DNA from: an uncultured Gemmatimonadales bacterium | GTDB taxonomy: Bacteria > Gemmatimonadota > Gemmatimonadetes > Gemmatimonadales > Gemmatimonadaceae | DNA: 64,000 bases | Assembly (NCBI GenBank): GCA_963851265.1 | Contig: CAWKNZ010000002.1 | Span: 704,001 to 768,000, forward strand | Direction of reading: 5' to 3' | Shown: positions 1 through 9,721 of the stretch, in pieces | Layout: the number at the start of each line of letters is the position of its first letter | How positions within the stretch are numbered: the first letter of the stretch is position 1 | Made by a program: the position numbers and the translations under genes | The notes under the pieces: generated by a model | Seen by the model: the letters and a program-made list of their open reading frames with translations, nothing else | What the model was told of the DNA's origin: nothing | Databases searched by the model: none

Positions 1-179
1 CGCTGCATCGGCGTGAGGTTGCGGTAGATGTCGACGCGGAGGTCGGAGAGCTTGCGCTCGAGCGGCGCGATCTCGTCCTGCACGTCGAGTGCGCCGTCGT
101 CGGCGACGCGTTTGAGGTCGTCGATCCGCTGTTCCAGTTCGGCGAGCGGCTTCTCGAAATCGAGGACGGGTGTGGCCAT
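1..179 (-). CDS. accA: Acetyl-CoA carboxylase carboxyltransferase alpha subunit (5' part; runs off the window)
   Basis: Manual translation from ATG at 179 gives MATPVLDFEKPLAELEQRIDDLKRVADDGALDVQDEIAPLERKLSDLRVDIYRNLTPMQ, a typical AccA N-terminus. It follows dnaE, a common gene order. Confidence 0.9.
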   Translation of the reverse strand, partial: MATPVLDFEKPLAELEQRIDDLKRVADDGALDVQDEIAPLERKLSDLRVDIYRNLTPMQ

Positions 180-188
180 TGGAGTCGG

Positions 189-3100
189 TTAGGAACCGCG
201 GACCAGCTTGACCCGCTCGTCACCGAGCAGGGCGCGCAGCTCGCCGAGGGCGGCGTTGGAGGCGGCGACGGTGAGGGAGCGCGAGCGGAACCGCGCCGCG
301 CCGCCGCCCTTGGCGTCGCGCCAGCGCAGCTCGAGCGCCGCGGTGCCCGGGTAATGCGCGCACGCCTCGCGCACGTCGGCCATCACGCCCGGCGTCAGGT
401 CCGCGCCCGAAGCCAGCTCGATGGCGACCGCGATCGCGCCGTCGACGCGCTTCTCGGCCAGCTTCGTCACCTTCTCGACGATGAACGTCGGCGTTTCCGC
501 GTCCTGGTCGCGGCGCGAGTAGCCGCCCTCGACCAGCACCGGAACGTCGGTCTTGACCTGGTCCGACAGCACGCTCCACGCCTCTGGGAAGACGAGCACC
601 TCGGTGGCGCCCGAGAAGTCCTCGAGGATGAGGCGGGCGAACTCCGACCCGCTGCGTTTGCTGATCTGCCGCTTGCACGCGGTAATCACGCACGCGAGCA
701 CGATCTTGTTGGGCGTCCAGCTGCCCAGCTCGGCCACCTTGTGCGTGCCGAACAGCTCGGCCTCGGCGCGGAACGGCTCCAGCGGGTGCCCCGACACGTA
801 GAAGCCGAGGATCGCCTTCTCGGCGGCCAGGCGGTCGCTCTCGCTCCACGGCGGCAGGTGCGGCAGCGTCGGGCGCGGTGCGGGCTTCGCGCTCGCCTCG
901 TCGCCGCCGAGGAGTCCGAACAGCGAGCCCTGCCCGCTCGCGGCCTCCTGCTGCTTGAGCGAGGCTTCCTGCATCGCGTGGTCGAGCGCGGCGAGGTACT
1001 GCGCGCGGTGCCCGCCCACGGTGTCGAGCGCGCCCGCGTGGATGAGGGCCTCGAACACGCGCTTGTTGCACGCGCGCAGGTCGACCCGCTCGACGAAATC
1101 GAAGAAGTCCGTGTACGAGCCGTCCTTCGCGCGGGCGCCGAGCACCGACTCGACGGCGCCCTCGCCGACGTTGCGCACCGCGCCCAGCCCGAAGCGTATC
1201 CGGTTGTCGGCGATGACCGTGAACTTGTAGCCGCTCTCGTTCACGTCGGGCGGCAGCACCTCCAACCCCATCTCGCGTGCCTCGGCCACGTACTTCACCA
1301 CGCTGTCGGTGTCGCCGATGCAGCTGGAGAGCAGCGCGGCCATGAAGTCGGCCGGGTAGTTGGCCTTGAGGTACGCCGTCTGGTACGAGAGGACCGAATA
1401 CGCGACCGAGTGCGACTTGTTGAAGCCGTAGCGTCCAAACGTTTCGATCTGCCCCGCGAGCTCCTCGATCACGCCGCGGCCGTGCCCCTTCGCGATCGCC
1501 TTTTCCGTGAACTTGCCCAGCTCGGCGCGGATGAGCTCCGCGTCCTTCTTGCCTACCGCCTTGCGCAGCACGTCCGCCTCGGCGAGCGAGATCCCCGCGA
1601 GCGTCTGCGCGATGCGCATCACCTGCTCCTGGTAGGTGATCACGCCCTGCGTCTCGCGCAGGATCGGCTCCAGCTCGGGGAGCGCGTAGCTCACCGGCTC
1701 CTCCCCGCGCTTGCGCCGGATGTAGACCTTGTGCATCCCCGTGTCGAGCGGGCCGGGGCGGAGCAGCGCGTTGCTCGCGACGAGGTCGTCGAAGCGGTCG
1801 CACCGCATCTGCCGCAGCACGTCCGTGGCGAGCGGCGACTCGAACTGGAAGACGCCGGCCGTGCGCCCGGAGCGCAGCATCTGGTACGTCTTCGGGTCGT
1901 CGAACTCGAGCGCGTCGAGGTCGAGCGCCTTCCCCGTGCGCCGCTCGATCGAGACGAGCGCGTCGTGGATGACCGTGAGCGTGGTCAGCCCGAGGAAGTC
2001 CATCTTGAGCATGCCCGCCTTTTCGAGCGCGGTCATGTCGTACTGCGCGACGGTCACCTTCTCGTCGCCGTCGCCGCCCGCGCCCTTGCTGGCCTGGGTG
2101 CAGACGGGAACGAACTCGTGCACCGGGCCCGGGGCGATCACCACGCCGGCCGCGTGCACGCCGGTGTGTCGCGACAGCCCTTCGAGCGCGACGGCGTAGT
2201 CGAGCAGCTCGCGGTAGCGGGGGTCCTCCTTGTAGAGCCGCGCGACGTCGGGGACCTGCGTGAGCGCTTCGGCGACGGTGAGCGAGAAGTTGGGCGCGTT
2301 GGGAATGAGTTTGGCCAGCGCGTCGGTCTCGGCCGGGGTGAAGCCGAGCACGCGGCCGACGTCTTTCACCGCCGCGCGCGACTTCATCGTCCCGAACGTG
2401 ACGATCTGGCAGACGCTCTCCTTGCCGTACTTCTGCCGCACGTACTCGATGACCTCGCCGCGGCGCTCGAAGCAGAAGTCCACGTCGACGTCGGGCATCG
2501 ACACGCGCTCCGGGTTCAGGAAGCGCTCGAACAGCAGGTCGAACTTGAGCGGGCAGACGTTGGTGATGCCTAACGCGTAGGCGACGAGCGACCCCGCCGC
2601 CGAGCCGCGCCCCGGGCCCACCGGGATGCCGCGGTCGCGCGCGGCCTTGATGAAGTCGGCGGTGATGAGGAAGTAGCCCGCGTACCCGGTCTGCAGGATG
2701 ACGCCGAGCTCGTACGCGAGCCGCTGCTCGACCTCGGCGCTCAGCGTCCGGCCGTACCGCTCGTGCGCGCCCTCGGTGGCGAGCTTGACGAGCAGGTCGT
2801 TCTCGGTCTCGACGCCGGGCGGGAGCGGGAAGCTCGGCACGTGGTACTTCTTGCCGAACACCACGTCGACCTCGTCCGCGATGCGCAGCGTGTTCTCGAG
2901 GACGTCGGGGCGGTCGGTGAAGCGCGCCGCCATCTCCGGGCGGCTCTTGAAGTAGAGCCCCCGGTCGTAGTGCATCCGGTTCTCGTCCTTGACGTCCTTG
3001 CCGATCCCGATGCAGAGCAGGACGTCGTGCGCGTCGTGGTCGGTCTCCTTCAGGAAGTGCGCGTCGTTGGTCGCGATGACCGGAAGCCCGAGTTCCGCGC

Positions 3101-3680
3101 CGAGCTTGAAGATCTGCGCGTTGAGCTTCGACTGGCCGTCGCTGTCGTGCGCCTGCACCTCCAGGTAGTACCGATCCTGGAAGACGTTGGCGTACCACTC
3201 GGCCGCCTCGCGCGCCGCGTCCCAGCGGTCGTCCATGAGGTGGCCCGCGACCTCGCCCGCGAGACACGCCGACGAGACGATGATCCCCTCGCTGTGTGCG
3301 GCGAGCAACTCGCGGTCGACCCGCGGCTTCACGTAGAAGCCCTCGAGGTACGCGAGCGACGAGAGCTTGACGAGGTTCTTGTAGCCGACCGCGTCGCGCG
3401 CGAGGAGCACGAGGTGGTGGTACGGCTTGGCGCCGGGTGCGGGGCGGCCGCGGTCGTGGCGCGAGCCGGGCGCGACGTACGCTTCCATCCCGAGGATGGG
3501 CTTGACCTTCGCCTTGCGCGCGTGCTCCTGAAACTCCCACGCCGCGTGCATGTTGCCGTGATCCGTCACGGCGAGCGCCGGCATCTCGAGCTCCTGGGCG
3601 CGGCGGATCAGCGAATCGATCCGGTTGGCGCCGTCGAGGAGCGAGTATTCGGAATGGCAGTGCAGGTGTACGAAGCTCAT
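189..3680 (-). CDS. dnaE: DNA polymerase III alpha subunit
   Basis: PHP domain FVHLHCHSEYSLLDG, GPGRGSAAGS, PERVSMPDVDVDF, YGFNKSHS; 1163 aa. Confidence 0.98.
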   Translation of the reverse strand: MSFVHLHCHSEYSLLDGANRIDSLIRRAQELEMPALAVTDHGNMHAAWEFQEHARKAKVKPILGMEAYVAPGSRHDRGRPAPGAKPYHHLVLLARDAVGYKNLVKLSSLAYLEGFYVKPRVDRELLAAHSEGIIVSSACLAGEVAGHLMDDRWDAAREAAEWYANVFQDRYYLEVQAHDSDGQSKLNAQIFKLGAELGLPVIATNDAHFLKETDHDAHDVLLCIGIGKDVKDENRMHYDRGLYFKSRPEMAARFTDRPDVLENTLRIADEVDVVFGKKYHVPSFPLPPGVETENDLLVKLATEGAHERYGRTLSAEVEQRLAYELGVILQTGYAGYFLITADFIKAARDRGIPVGPGRGSAAGSLVAYALGITNVCPLKFDLLFERFLNPERVSMPDVDVDFCFERRGEVIEYVRQKYGKESVCQIVTFGTMKSRAAVKDVGRVLGFTPAETDALAKLIPNAPNFSLTVAEALTQVPDVARLYKEDPRYRELLDYAVALEGLSRHTGVHAAGVVIAPGPVHEFVPVCTQASKGAGGDGDEKVTVAQYDMTALEKAGMLKMDFLGLTTLTVIHDALVSIERRTGKALDLDALEFDDPKTYQMLRSGRTAGVFQFESPLATDVLRQMRCDRFDDLVASNALLRPGPLDTGMHKVYIRRKRGEEPVSYALPELEPILRETQGVITYQEQVMRIAQTLAGISLAEADVLRKAVGKKDAELIRAELGKFTEKAIAKGHGRGVIEELAGQIETFGRYGFNKSHSVAYSVLSYQTAYLKANYPADFMAALLSSCIGDTDSVVKYVAEAREMGLEVLPPDVNESGYKFTVIADNRIRFGLGAVRNVGEGAVESVLGARAKDGSYTDFFDFVERVDLRACNKRVFEALIHAGALDTVGGHRAQYLAALDHAMQEASLKQQEAASGQGSLFGLLGGDEASAKPAPRPTLPHLPPWSESDRLAAEKAILGFYVSGHPLEPFRAEAELFGTHKVAELGSWTPNKIVLACVITACKRQISKRSGSEFARLILEDFSGATEVLVFPEAWSVLSDQVKTDVPVLVEGGYSRRDQDAETPTFIVEKVTKLAEKRVDGAIAVAIELASGADLTPGVMADVREACAHYPGTAALELRWRDAKGGGAARFRSRSLTVAASNAALGELRALLGDERVKLVRGS

Positions 3681-3757
3681 CGTCCTCGAAGGTTAGCGCG
3701 GCCGCCCGCCCGCCGCCATGCCCGCCTGATCGCGCGGTCAGTCCTGTAACGTTCTAC

Positions 3758-4912
3758 ATGGCAATAACTTACGTTCGTTCCTGGCGGCGGGGCCTGCGCC
3801 GGACGCTCGGCGGCCTGGCGGCCCTGGTCGCGCTCGGCCTGGTGGGTACGACCGATGGACGGTGGCTGGTGCGGGCGGGGTGGGAGGAAGGCCGGATCCT
3901 GGAGCGCCGCCGCCCGATCGCCGAGGTCGCGCGCGAGGCCGCCGCGTCGCGGCCCTCACCGAGCGACGCGCGGACGCGAGGGAAGCTGCAGCTCGTGCTC
4001 GCCGCGCGCGCGTTCGCGGCCGACTCGCTCGGGCTCAACGCGGGGCACAGCTTCGAGTACTACACCGACATCGGGCGCGACACCCTCCTGCTGCTGCTCA
4101 CCGGTGCGCGCCGCGATACGCTCGCGCCGGTGACGTGGTGGTTCCCGGTGGTCGGGAGTGTGCCGTACAAGGGCTTCTTCGACGCCGCCGCGGGTCGGCG
4201 TGCGCGCGACGACCTGCGCGCGCACGGTTACGACGCCTACCTCCGGCCGTCCTCCGCGTTCAGCACCCTCGGCTGGTTCGCCGACCCGCTACTCAACACG
4301 GCGATCGTCGGCGACTCGGTGGACCTCGCCAACACGGTGATCCACGAGCTGACGCACAACACGTTCTACGCGCCGAGCCAGGCGGCGTTCAACGAGAGCT
4401 TCGCGAGCTTCGTCGGCGCGCGCGGCGCGGAGCGGTTCTTCGCCGCGCGGGGCGATACGGCGTCGGTGGCCGCGGCCGGGCGTCGGTGGGCCGACGAGCG
4501 CACGCTCGGCGAGTTCTGGGCGGCGTTAGGCAGGTCGGTCGACTCGGCGTACGCGGCGCACCCCGGACGCGACTCGGCCGCGCGCGCGGCGCGGCTCGCG
4601 GCGCGCGCGGACGTGACCGTCGCCGCGCGCCGTGCCCTCGCCGACAGCGTGGTCCCGCGGCTCGTCGATCCGCGCCGGACGCGCGGCGGGCCGGCCGCGC
4701 TCGCGCGGTGGGCGGCGCGGACGCCGCTCGACAACGCCGCCCTGCTCGCACGCCGCACGTACGCGCGCGAGCTGGCGCTGTTCGACGCCGTGTACGCGCG
4801 CGAGGGGAGCGACCTCCGGCGGAGCATCGCACGGCTCATCGCGCTCGCCAAGTCCGACCCGAAAGACCCGTACGGGGCGGTGCGGCGGTGGGTGGGCAGA
4901 GTCCCGTCGTGA
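3758..4912 (+). CDS. Predicted zinc aminopeptidase (DUF2265-like)
   Basis: N-terminal hydrophobic segment; WWFPVVGSVPYKGFF, FSTLGWFADP, HELTH (HExxH) and downstream FNESFASF. Confidence 0.8.
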   Translation: MAITYVRSWRRGLRRTLGGLAALVALGLVGTTDGRWLVRAGWEEGRILERRRPIAEVAREAAASRPSPSDARTRGKLQLVLAARAFAADSLGLNAGHSFEYYTDIGRDTLLLLLTGARRDTLAPVTWWFPVVGSVPYKGFFDAAAGRRARDDLRAHGYDAYLRPSSAFSTLGWFADPLLNTAIVGDSVDLANTVIHELTHNTFYAPSQAAFNESFASFVGARGAERFFAARGDTASVAAAGRRWADERTLGEFWAALGRSVDSAYAAHPGRDSAARAARLAARADVTVAARRALADSVVPRLVDPRRTRGGPAALARWAARTPLDNAALLARRTYARELALFDAVYAREGSDLRRSIARLIALAKSDPKDPYGAVRRWVGRVPS

Positions 4913-4919
4913 GGCGAGG

Positions 4920-4945
4920 GTGACCCCCGCTCTCGCGGGGGTCAC
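4920..4945. repeat. Perfect 11-bp inverted repeat (REP-like hairpin / possible bidirectional terminator)
   Basis: GTGACCCCCGC-TCTC-GCGGGGGTCAC lies between convergent genes; a related degenerate copy is at 4981-5005. Confidence 0.7.
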
Positions 4946-5038
4946 GGAACCGGGGCAGCGGCGCGCGACATGCTCTCGCCGTCACCGCCGCGCAGGCGGG
5001 GGTCCGCCTCCGCCTGCGGGGACGCGTGCCGGATCCGG

Positions 5039-5740
5039 CTACCGCCGCTTTTTCGACTCGTTCCGCAGCGAATTCGCCATCCACTGCGCGAACCCGGAGG
5101 GCTGGTGCCGCTCCTCGCGCCACGGGTCGCCGTGGTTGTGGTAACCGTTCTGTTCCCAGAACCCCGGCGCGTCGCTCCGGCGCAGTTCCAACCCGGTCAC
5201 CCACTTCGCGCTCTTCCAGAAGTACAGGTGCGGTACCACGAGCCGCACCGGGCCGCCGTGCTCCGCGGCGAGCGGCGCGCCGTCGTGCGCCCATGCGAGC
5301 AGATTCTCGGGGCGGTCGAAGTCGGCCAGCGCGAGGTTCGTCGTGAACCCCTGCGCGGCCCGCACGTGCACGAACGCCGCCTCCGGCGTCGGCCGCGCGC
5401 GCCGGAGCAGCTCCTGCACGCTCACCCCGGTGAACCGGTTGTCGAGCCGGCTCCATCGCGTGACACAATGGATGTCGCACACCGTGTCCTGGGTCGGGAG
5501 CGTCCGGAGTTCGTCGAGCGATAGGCGGAATGGCGCCTCGACAAGACCGGTGACCTCGAAGCGCCACGCGGCCGCATCGACCTCGGGCACCTCACCGTAG
5601 TGCAGGACCGGCCACTTGGCCGTGCGCACCTGCCCCGGCGGGATGCGCGCCGCGGCCGCAGGGCGCACGTCGAGCGTGGGAGACGATCCGCGCGCGCCGT
5701 CGGTCGGCGGCGTGGTGTTGGGGAAACTCGGGTCGGCCAT
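5039..5740 (-). CDS. Sulfite-oxidase-family molybdopterin oxidoreductase (YuiH-like)
   Basis: Start re-assigned to ATG 5740 (MADPSF). Motifs RIPPGQ, DIHCVTRWS (Mo-ligand Cys), EHGGPVRLVVPHLYFWKSAKW, GFWEQNGYH. No Tat signal seen. Confidence 0.88.
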   Translation of the reverse strand: MADPSFPNTTPPTDGARGSSPTLDVRPAAAARIPPGQVRTAKWPVLHYGEVPEVDAAAWRFEVTGLVEAPFRLSLDELRTLPTQDTVCDIHCVTRWSRLDNRFTGVSVQELLRRARPTPEAAFVHVRAAQGFTTNLALADFDRPENLLAWAHDGAPLAAEHGGPVRLVVPHLYFWKSAKWVTGLELRRSDAPGFWEQNGYHNHGDPWREERHQPSGFAQWMANSLRNESKKRR

Positions 5741-5833
5741 GATTCGCGAACCGGCGTGAGGAACTCGCAAACAACGCCGCGCATCCGGGGCGGAGCGCCG
5801 ATCGCGCGCCAACCGGCCCCTAGCTTTAGGCGC

Positions 5834-6421
5834 ATGCCTGAAGAAATGGAAGTCGATCTCGACGCGGTGCACGAGCACGTGCACCACGAAGCCGAACACG
5901 AGGGTGCCGGATTCACGCGCCGAATCGCGCTGTCGACGTCGGTGCTTGCCGCGCTCGCGGCTGTGAGCTCGCTCCAGGCCGGCGGCACCGTGAACGAGGC
6001 CCTCGCGCTCAAGACGGAGGCGACGCGCTATCAGGCCGAGGCGTCCGACCAGTGGTCGTACTACCAGGCGAAGGGGATCAAGGCCGCGGTCGCGCAGGCC
6101 GCCGCGTCGTCGTGGAGCGCGGCCGGGAAGGAGCCCCCCGCCGCGCTGGCCGCGGCGCCCGCTCGCTACGCGCACGATCAGGACAGCGCGCGCACTGCCG
6201 CCCTCGCCAAGGAGCACGCGCGGGACGAGGTCTCGCACGAGGCCGACGTGCTCATGAACAAGCACCACGGCTACGCCTACGCGGTCGCGCTGTTCCAGGT
6301 CGCGATCGCGCTCGGGGCGGTCGCCGCGCTCACGCGCCTGCGTGCGATCTGGCTCGGATCTCTCCTGCTGGGCGGTGTAGGAGTTATTCTCGACCTCATT
6401 CCCTTGCTGCGCGGCGGCTGA
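5834..6421 (+). CDS. DUF4337-like membrane protein
   Basis: ATG 5834 (MPEEMEVD); His-rich N-terminus, ASDQWSYYQAKGIK motif, three hydrophobic segments. Confidence 0.75.
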   Translation: MPEEMEVDLDAVHEHVHHEAEHEGAGFTRRIALSTSVLAALAAVSSLQAGGTVNEALALKTEATRYQAEASDQWSYYQAKGIKAAVAQAAASSWSAAGKEPPAALAAAPARYAHDQDSARTAALAKEHARDEVSHEADVLMNKHHGYAYAVALFQVAIALGAVAALTRLRAIWLGSLLLGGVGVILDLIPLLRGG

Positions 6422-6464
6422 CGTCCGGCGCGGCACTCGTCCGCGTCCGCACCGTCTTTCCGTC

Positions 6465-7235
6465 ATGCTGTCAGTCGCTCGTTCGTCCGTCCTCGCCCTC
6501 GGTGCCGCGCTCGTCGTGGGCGCCGCCGCCGGCTGCGTGTCTTCCGACGTCACCGGCACGGGAACGGCCTCCGCCGTCGCCGGCGTGCGCGTCGTCCAGG
6601 TGATGGGCGACGCGGGAAGCGGCGTCGATTTCTCGCTCAACGGTCAGACGGCGGCGACCGGCCTCGCGTTCGGCGTGATCGCACCGAATCCGGCCCAGCA
6701 GCAGTACGCGCTCATCTCGCCCGCGTCGCCGTTCGCGTTCAACGCGACGGGGGTGACCACCGCATTCTTCTCGAACCCCGGCGGCGCGTTCGCGGCCAAC
6801 ACCGGCTACCTGCTCGTCGCCTACGGTCGCGTGACTCGCGGCGTATCGCCCGCCGGCACGGTGGCGGTGCTCGCCGACACGGGGACGACCGCGACCACAT
6901 CGGCGCTCGTCCGCGTGTTCGACGCGATCGACTACGTCAAGGCCAACACGGGGACGGCGGCGGACGTCTACATCTACCCGCAGGGAACCACGCGCCCGAC
7001 GGTGCCGACGTTCGCCGCGGTCGCGTACGGTGCGCGCTCCGCGTACGCGGGGGTCGCGCCGGGTACCGCACAGGTCGACATCTTCGACGCGGCGGGGGCG
7101 CACACGGTGCCGCTGTTCACGACGACGCTGACGCTCACCGCCGGCTCGATCCGCACCCTGCTCCTCAGCGACCCGGCTCCGACCGCGACGACCGGCTCGG
7201 CCGGGGCAGTCGTGACGCTCAACGACGCGGGCTGA
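6465..7235 (+). CDS. DUF4397-like lipoprotein
   Basis: Lipobox-like AAAGC; two beta-rich repeats (VRVVQVMGDAGSGVDF; VRVFDAIDY...ADVYI). Confidence 0.65.
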   Translation: MLSVARSSVLALGAALVVGAAAGCVSSDVTGTGTASAVAGVRVVQVMGDAGSGVDFSLNGQTAATGLAFGVIAPNPAQQQYALISPASPFAFNATGVTTAFFSNPGGAFAANTGYLLVAYGRVTRGVSPAGTVAVLADTGTTATTSALVRVFDAIDYVKANTGTAADVYIYPQGTTRPTVPTFAAVAYGARSAYAGVAPGTAQVDIFDAAGAHTVPLFTTTLTLTAGSIRTLLLSDPAPTATTGSAGAVVTLNDAG

Positions 7236-7291
7236 CCGGCACACCGCTCGCGCGCGACGCGCCGTTCACGAGCGTCGCGCGCGGGCTCCGG

Positions 7292-8059
7292 TCAACGACC
7301 AGAACTGGCCGGTTGAAGCCGGCCGAGCAGTCGCGCCCGGAGATCGGCCGACTCCACCTTCGCCGGTGTGAGGCCGAACGCGCGTGCGAGGGACTCGGTC
7401 ACTGCCCCGCCCACGCGGTCGACGCTGGCGTCCGCCGCGAGCGCGGCCGGTGCCTCGCGGGCCACGGCAGTCATCTCGACACCGTCGATCCCGCACGGCA
7501 CGATGAGGTCGAAGTAGGCGAGTGGCTCGGGTGTCACGTTCAGCGCGAATCCATGCGACGTCACCCACTCGCGCGCGTGGACGCCGATCGACGCGAGCTT
7601 CCGCGGCAGGCCGGACGTGCCTGACGCGCCACCCGACGCCTCGGGGTCGGTCCACACCCCCGTGAACGGCGGGTTGCGCCCGGCCGCCACCCCAAACTCG
7701 GCGACCGCGTCGATGAGCGCCTGTTCGACTTGCCGGAGGTACCAGTGCAGGTCGCGGCGGTGACGCTTGAGGTCGATGATCGGGTACCCGACGAGCTGTC
7801 CGGGGCCGTGGAACGTGCTGCCGCCGCCGCGCTCGACCTCGTGCAGCTCAACGCCGCGCGCGGCCAGGAGGGCGGGCGAGGCGAGCAGACGGTTGTCGGC
7901 CGCTCGCCGGCCTAACGTGAGGACCGGCGGGTGCTCGACGAGGAGGAGCAGGTCCTCGTCGAGGTCGCCCGCGACGCGCGCGGCCGCGGCGGCTCGCATG
8001 AGGGCGAGCGCGTCCGCGTATGGCGTGAGGCCGAGGGACGTGACGAGGAGGTCGGCCAT
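7292..8059 (-). CDS. lipB: Lipoyl(octanoyl) transferase
   Basis: LVEHPPVLTLGR, ERGGGSTFHGPGQLVGYPI, KLASIG, HGFALNV, IVPCGI. Confidence 0.95.
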   Translation of the reverse strand: MADLLVTSLGLTPYADALALMRAAAAARVAGDLDEDLLLLVEHPPVLTLGRRAADNRLLASPALLAARGVELHEVERGGGSTFHGPGQLVGYPIIDLKRHRRDLHWYLRQVEQALIDAVAEFGVAAGRNPPFTGVWTDPEASGGASGTSGLPRKLASIGVHAREWVTSHGFALNVTPEPLAYFDLIVPCGIDGVEMTAVAREAPAALAADASVDRVGGAVTESLARAFGLTPAKVESADLRARLLGRLQPASSGR

Positions 8060-8071
8060 GGTGCGCCGCGT

Positions 8072-9478
8072 CTACGCGTGGATCATCTTGCCCATCGAGT
8101 CGAGCGCGGCCTCGGCGATCGCCTCCGACAGCGTCGGGTGTGCGTGGATCGCCAGGTCGATCTCCTCGACCGTGTACTCGTTCTCGCGCGCGACCACGAG
8201 CTCGTGGATCATCTCGGTCGCGTGCGCGCCGACGATGTGTGCGCCGAGGATCTCGCCGTACTTCTTGTCGCGGAGGATCTTCACGAACCCGTCGGTCTCG
8301 CCCGACGTGCGCGCGCGCCCGTTGGCCGAGAAGGGGAACTTGCCGACCGTGTAGTCGAGCTTGCGCTCCTTCGCCTGTGCCTCGGTGAGGCCGATCGACG
8401 CGACCTCGGGGTGGCAATACGTGCAGTTGGGCACGTTGGCGTAGTTCACGGGGTGCGGGTGCTGGCCGGCAATCAGTTCCGCGAGCACGTGCCCTTCGCG
8501 CGAGCCCTTGTGCGCGAGCATCTGGTTACCCGCGACGTCGCCGATCGCGTACACGCCGGCGACGCTCGTGCGAAACTGGTCGTCGATCTTGACGAACCCA
8601 CGCTCGGTGAGCTGGACGCCCGCTTCCTTGAGCCCGGCCGTGTCGGTGTTGGCCGTGCGGCCGGCCGCGACGAGCACCTTGTCAACCGTCATGTCGCGCT
8701 TCTCGCCCGCGGCCTCGACGGTGAGGGACACGGAGCTCGGGCCGACCTTCACGTTCGACATCTTGGCGCCGGTGAGGATCTCGATCCCGCGCTTCCTGAA
8801 CGCCTTGGCCACCTCGGCCGCGCTGTCGGCGTCTTCGAGCGGAAGGATCTGCGGTGCAACCTCGACGATCGTGACCTTGGTGCCGTAGGCGTTGAACACG
8901 TCGCCGAATTCGCAGCCGACCGCGCCCGCGCCGACGACGAGCATCGACGCCGGCGCCTTCTCGAGGACGAGCACGTCGTCGCTCGATAGCACGGTCGTCT
9001 TGTTCAGTTCGAGCCCTACCTGCGGCAGCCCGCGCACGCGCGACCCGGTGGCGATGACGACGGCCTTACGGGCGTCGTGCGTCTCGGTCTTGCCGTCGGG
9101 CGTCTTGACGACGATCTGCTTGCCGCCGTTGCCGAGCTTCGCCTCGCCCTTGAGGTAGGTGACCTTGTTCTTCTTGAAGAGGAACTCGACGCCCTTGGAG
9201 TTCTGCTGGCTCACGCCGCGCGAGCGCTTCATCGCCGGGGTGAAGTCGAGCGAGATCTCGCCGAGGGTGATCCCGTGTTCGCCGGCCTTCTTGAGGTGGT
9301 TGGCGAGGTTGGCGCTCTCGAGCAGCGCCTTGGCGGGGATGCAGCCCCAGAGGACGCAGGTGCCGCCGAGCGCCTCGCGTTCGACGACGGCGGTGGCGAG
9401 GCCGAGCTGGGCGCAGCGGATGGCGCAGACATAGCCGGCGGGGCCGCCGCCGAGGATGATGACGTCGTAGGAAGCCAT
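8072..9478 (-). CDS. lpdA: Dihydrolipoyl dehydrogenase (E3)
   Basis: Start ATG 9478 (MASYDVIILGGGPAGY); GGTCVLWGCIP redox disulfide; HAHPTLSE. Confidence 0.96.
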   Translation of the reverse strand: MASYDVIILGGGPAGYVCAIRCAQLGLATAVVEREALGGTCVLWGCIPAKALLESANLANHLKKAGEHGITLGEISLDFTPAMKRSRGVSQQNSKGVEFLFKKNKVTYLKGEAKLGNGGKQIVVKTPDGKTETHDARKAVVIATGSRVRGLPQVGLELNKTTVLSSDDVLVLEKAPASMLVVGAGAVGCEFGDVFNAYGTKVTIVEVAPQILPLEDADSAAEVAKAFRKRGIEILTGAKMSNVKVGPSSVSLTVEAAGEKRDMTVDKVLVAAGRTANTDTAGLKEAGVQLTERGFVKIDDQFRTSVAGVYAIGDVAGNQMLAHKGSREGHVLAELIAGQHPHPVNYANVPNCTYCHPEVASIGLTEAQAKERKLDYTVGKFPFSANGRARTSGETDGFVKILRDKKYGEILGAHIVGAHATEMIHELVVARENEYTVEEIDLAIHAHPTLSEAIAEAALDSMGKMIHA

Positions 9479-9721
9479 GAAGGCGGACGGGAAAGTTGGG
9501 CGCGCGGGTGCCGCGCGACACCGGAATCTAGCCGGGGCGGCATGCAACGCCGCCGCTACGCTTGGTACGATGACGGAACGTCCGCGCCCCGATTGTGACC
9601 GGCGATGGTACGCTCGGGTCTCCTTCGTCTGAGTGCCGTGGGCTCCGGTGCGCTGTCTCTGGCGCGACGGGCACGCGTGCGCGTGCGGGCGTGTCGCGCC
9701 CATACACCTCTAGGAGGACAT

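Noticed and set aside
9479..9721. Riboswitch or sRNA upstream of susC
   Set aside because: No cobalamin, TPP or other aptamer consensus recognised; only an RBS is evident.
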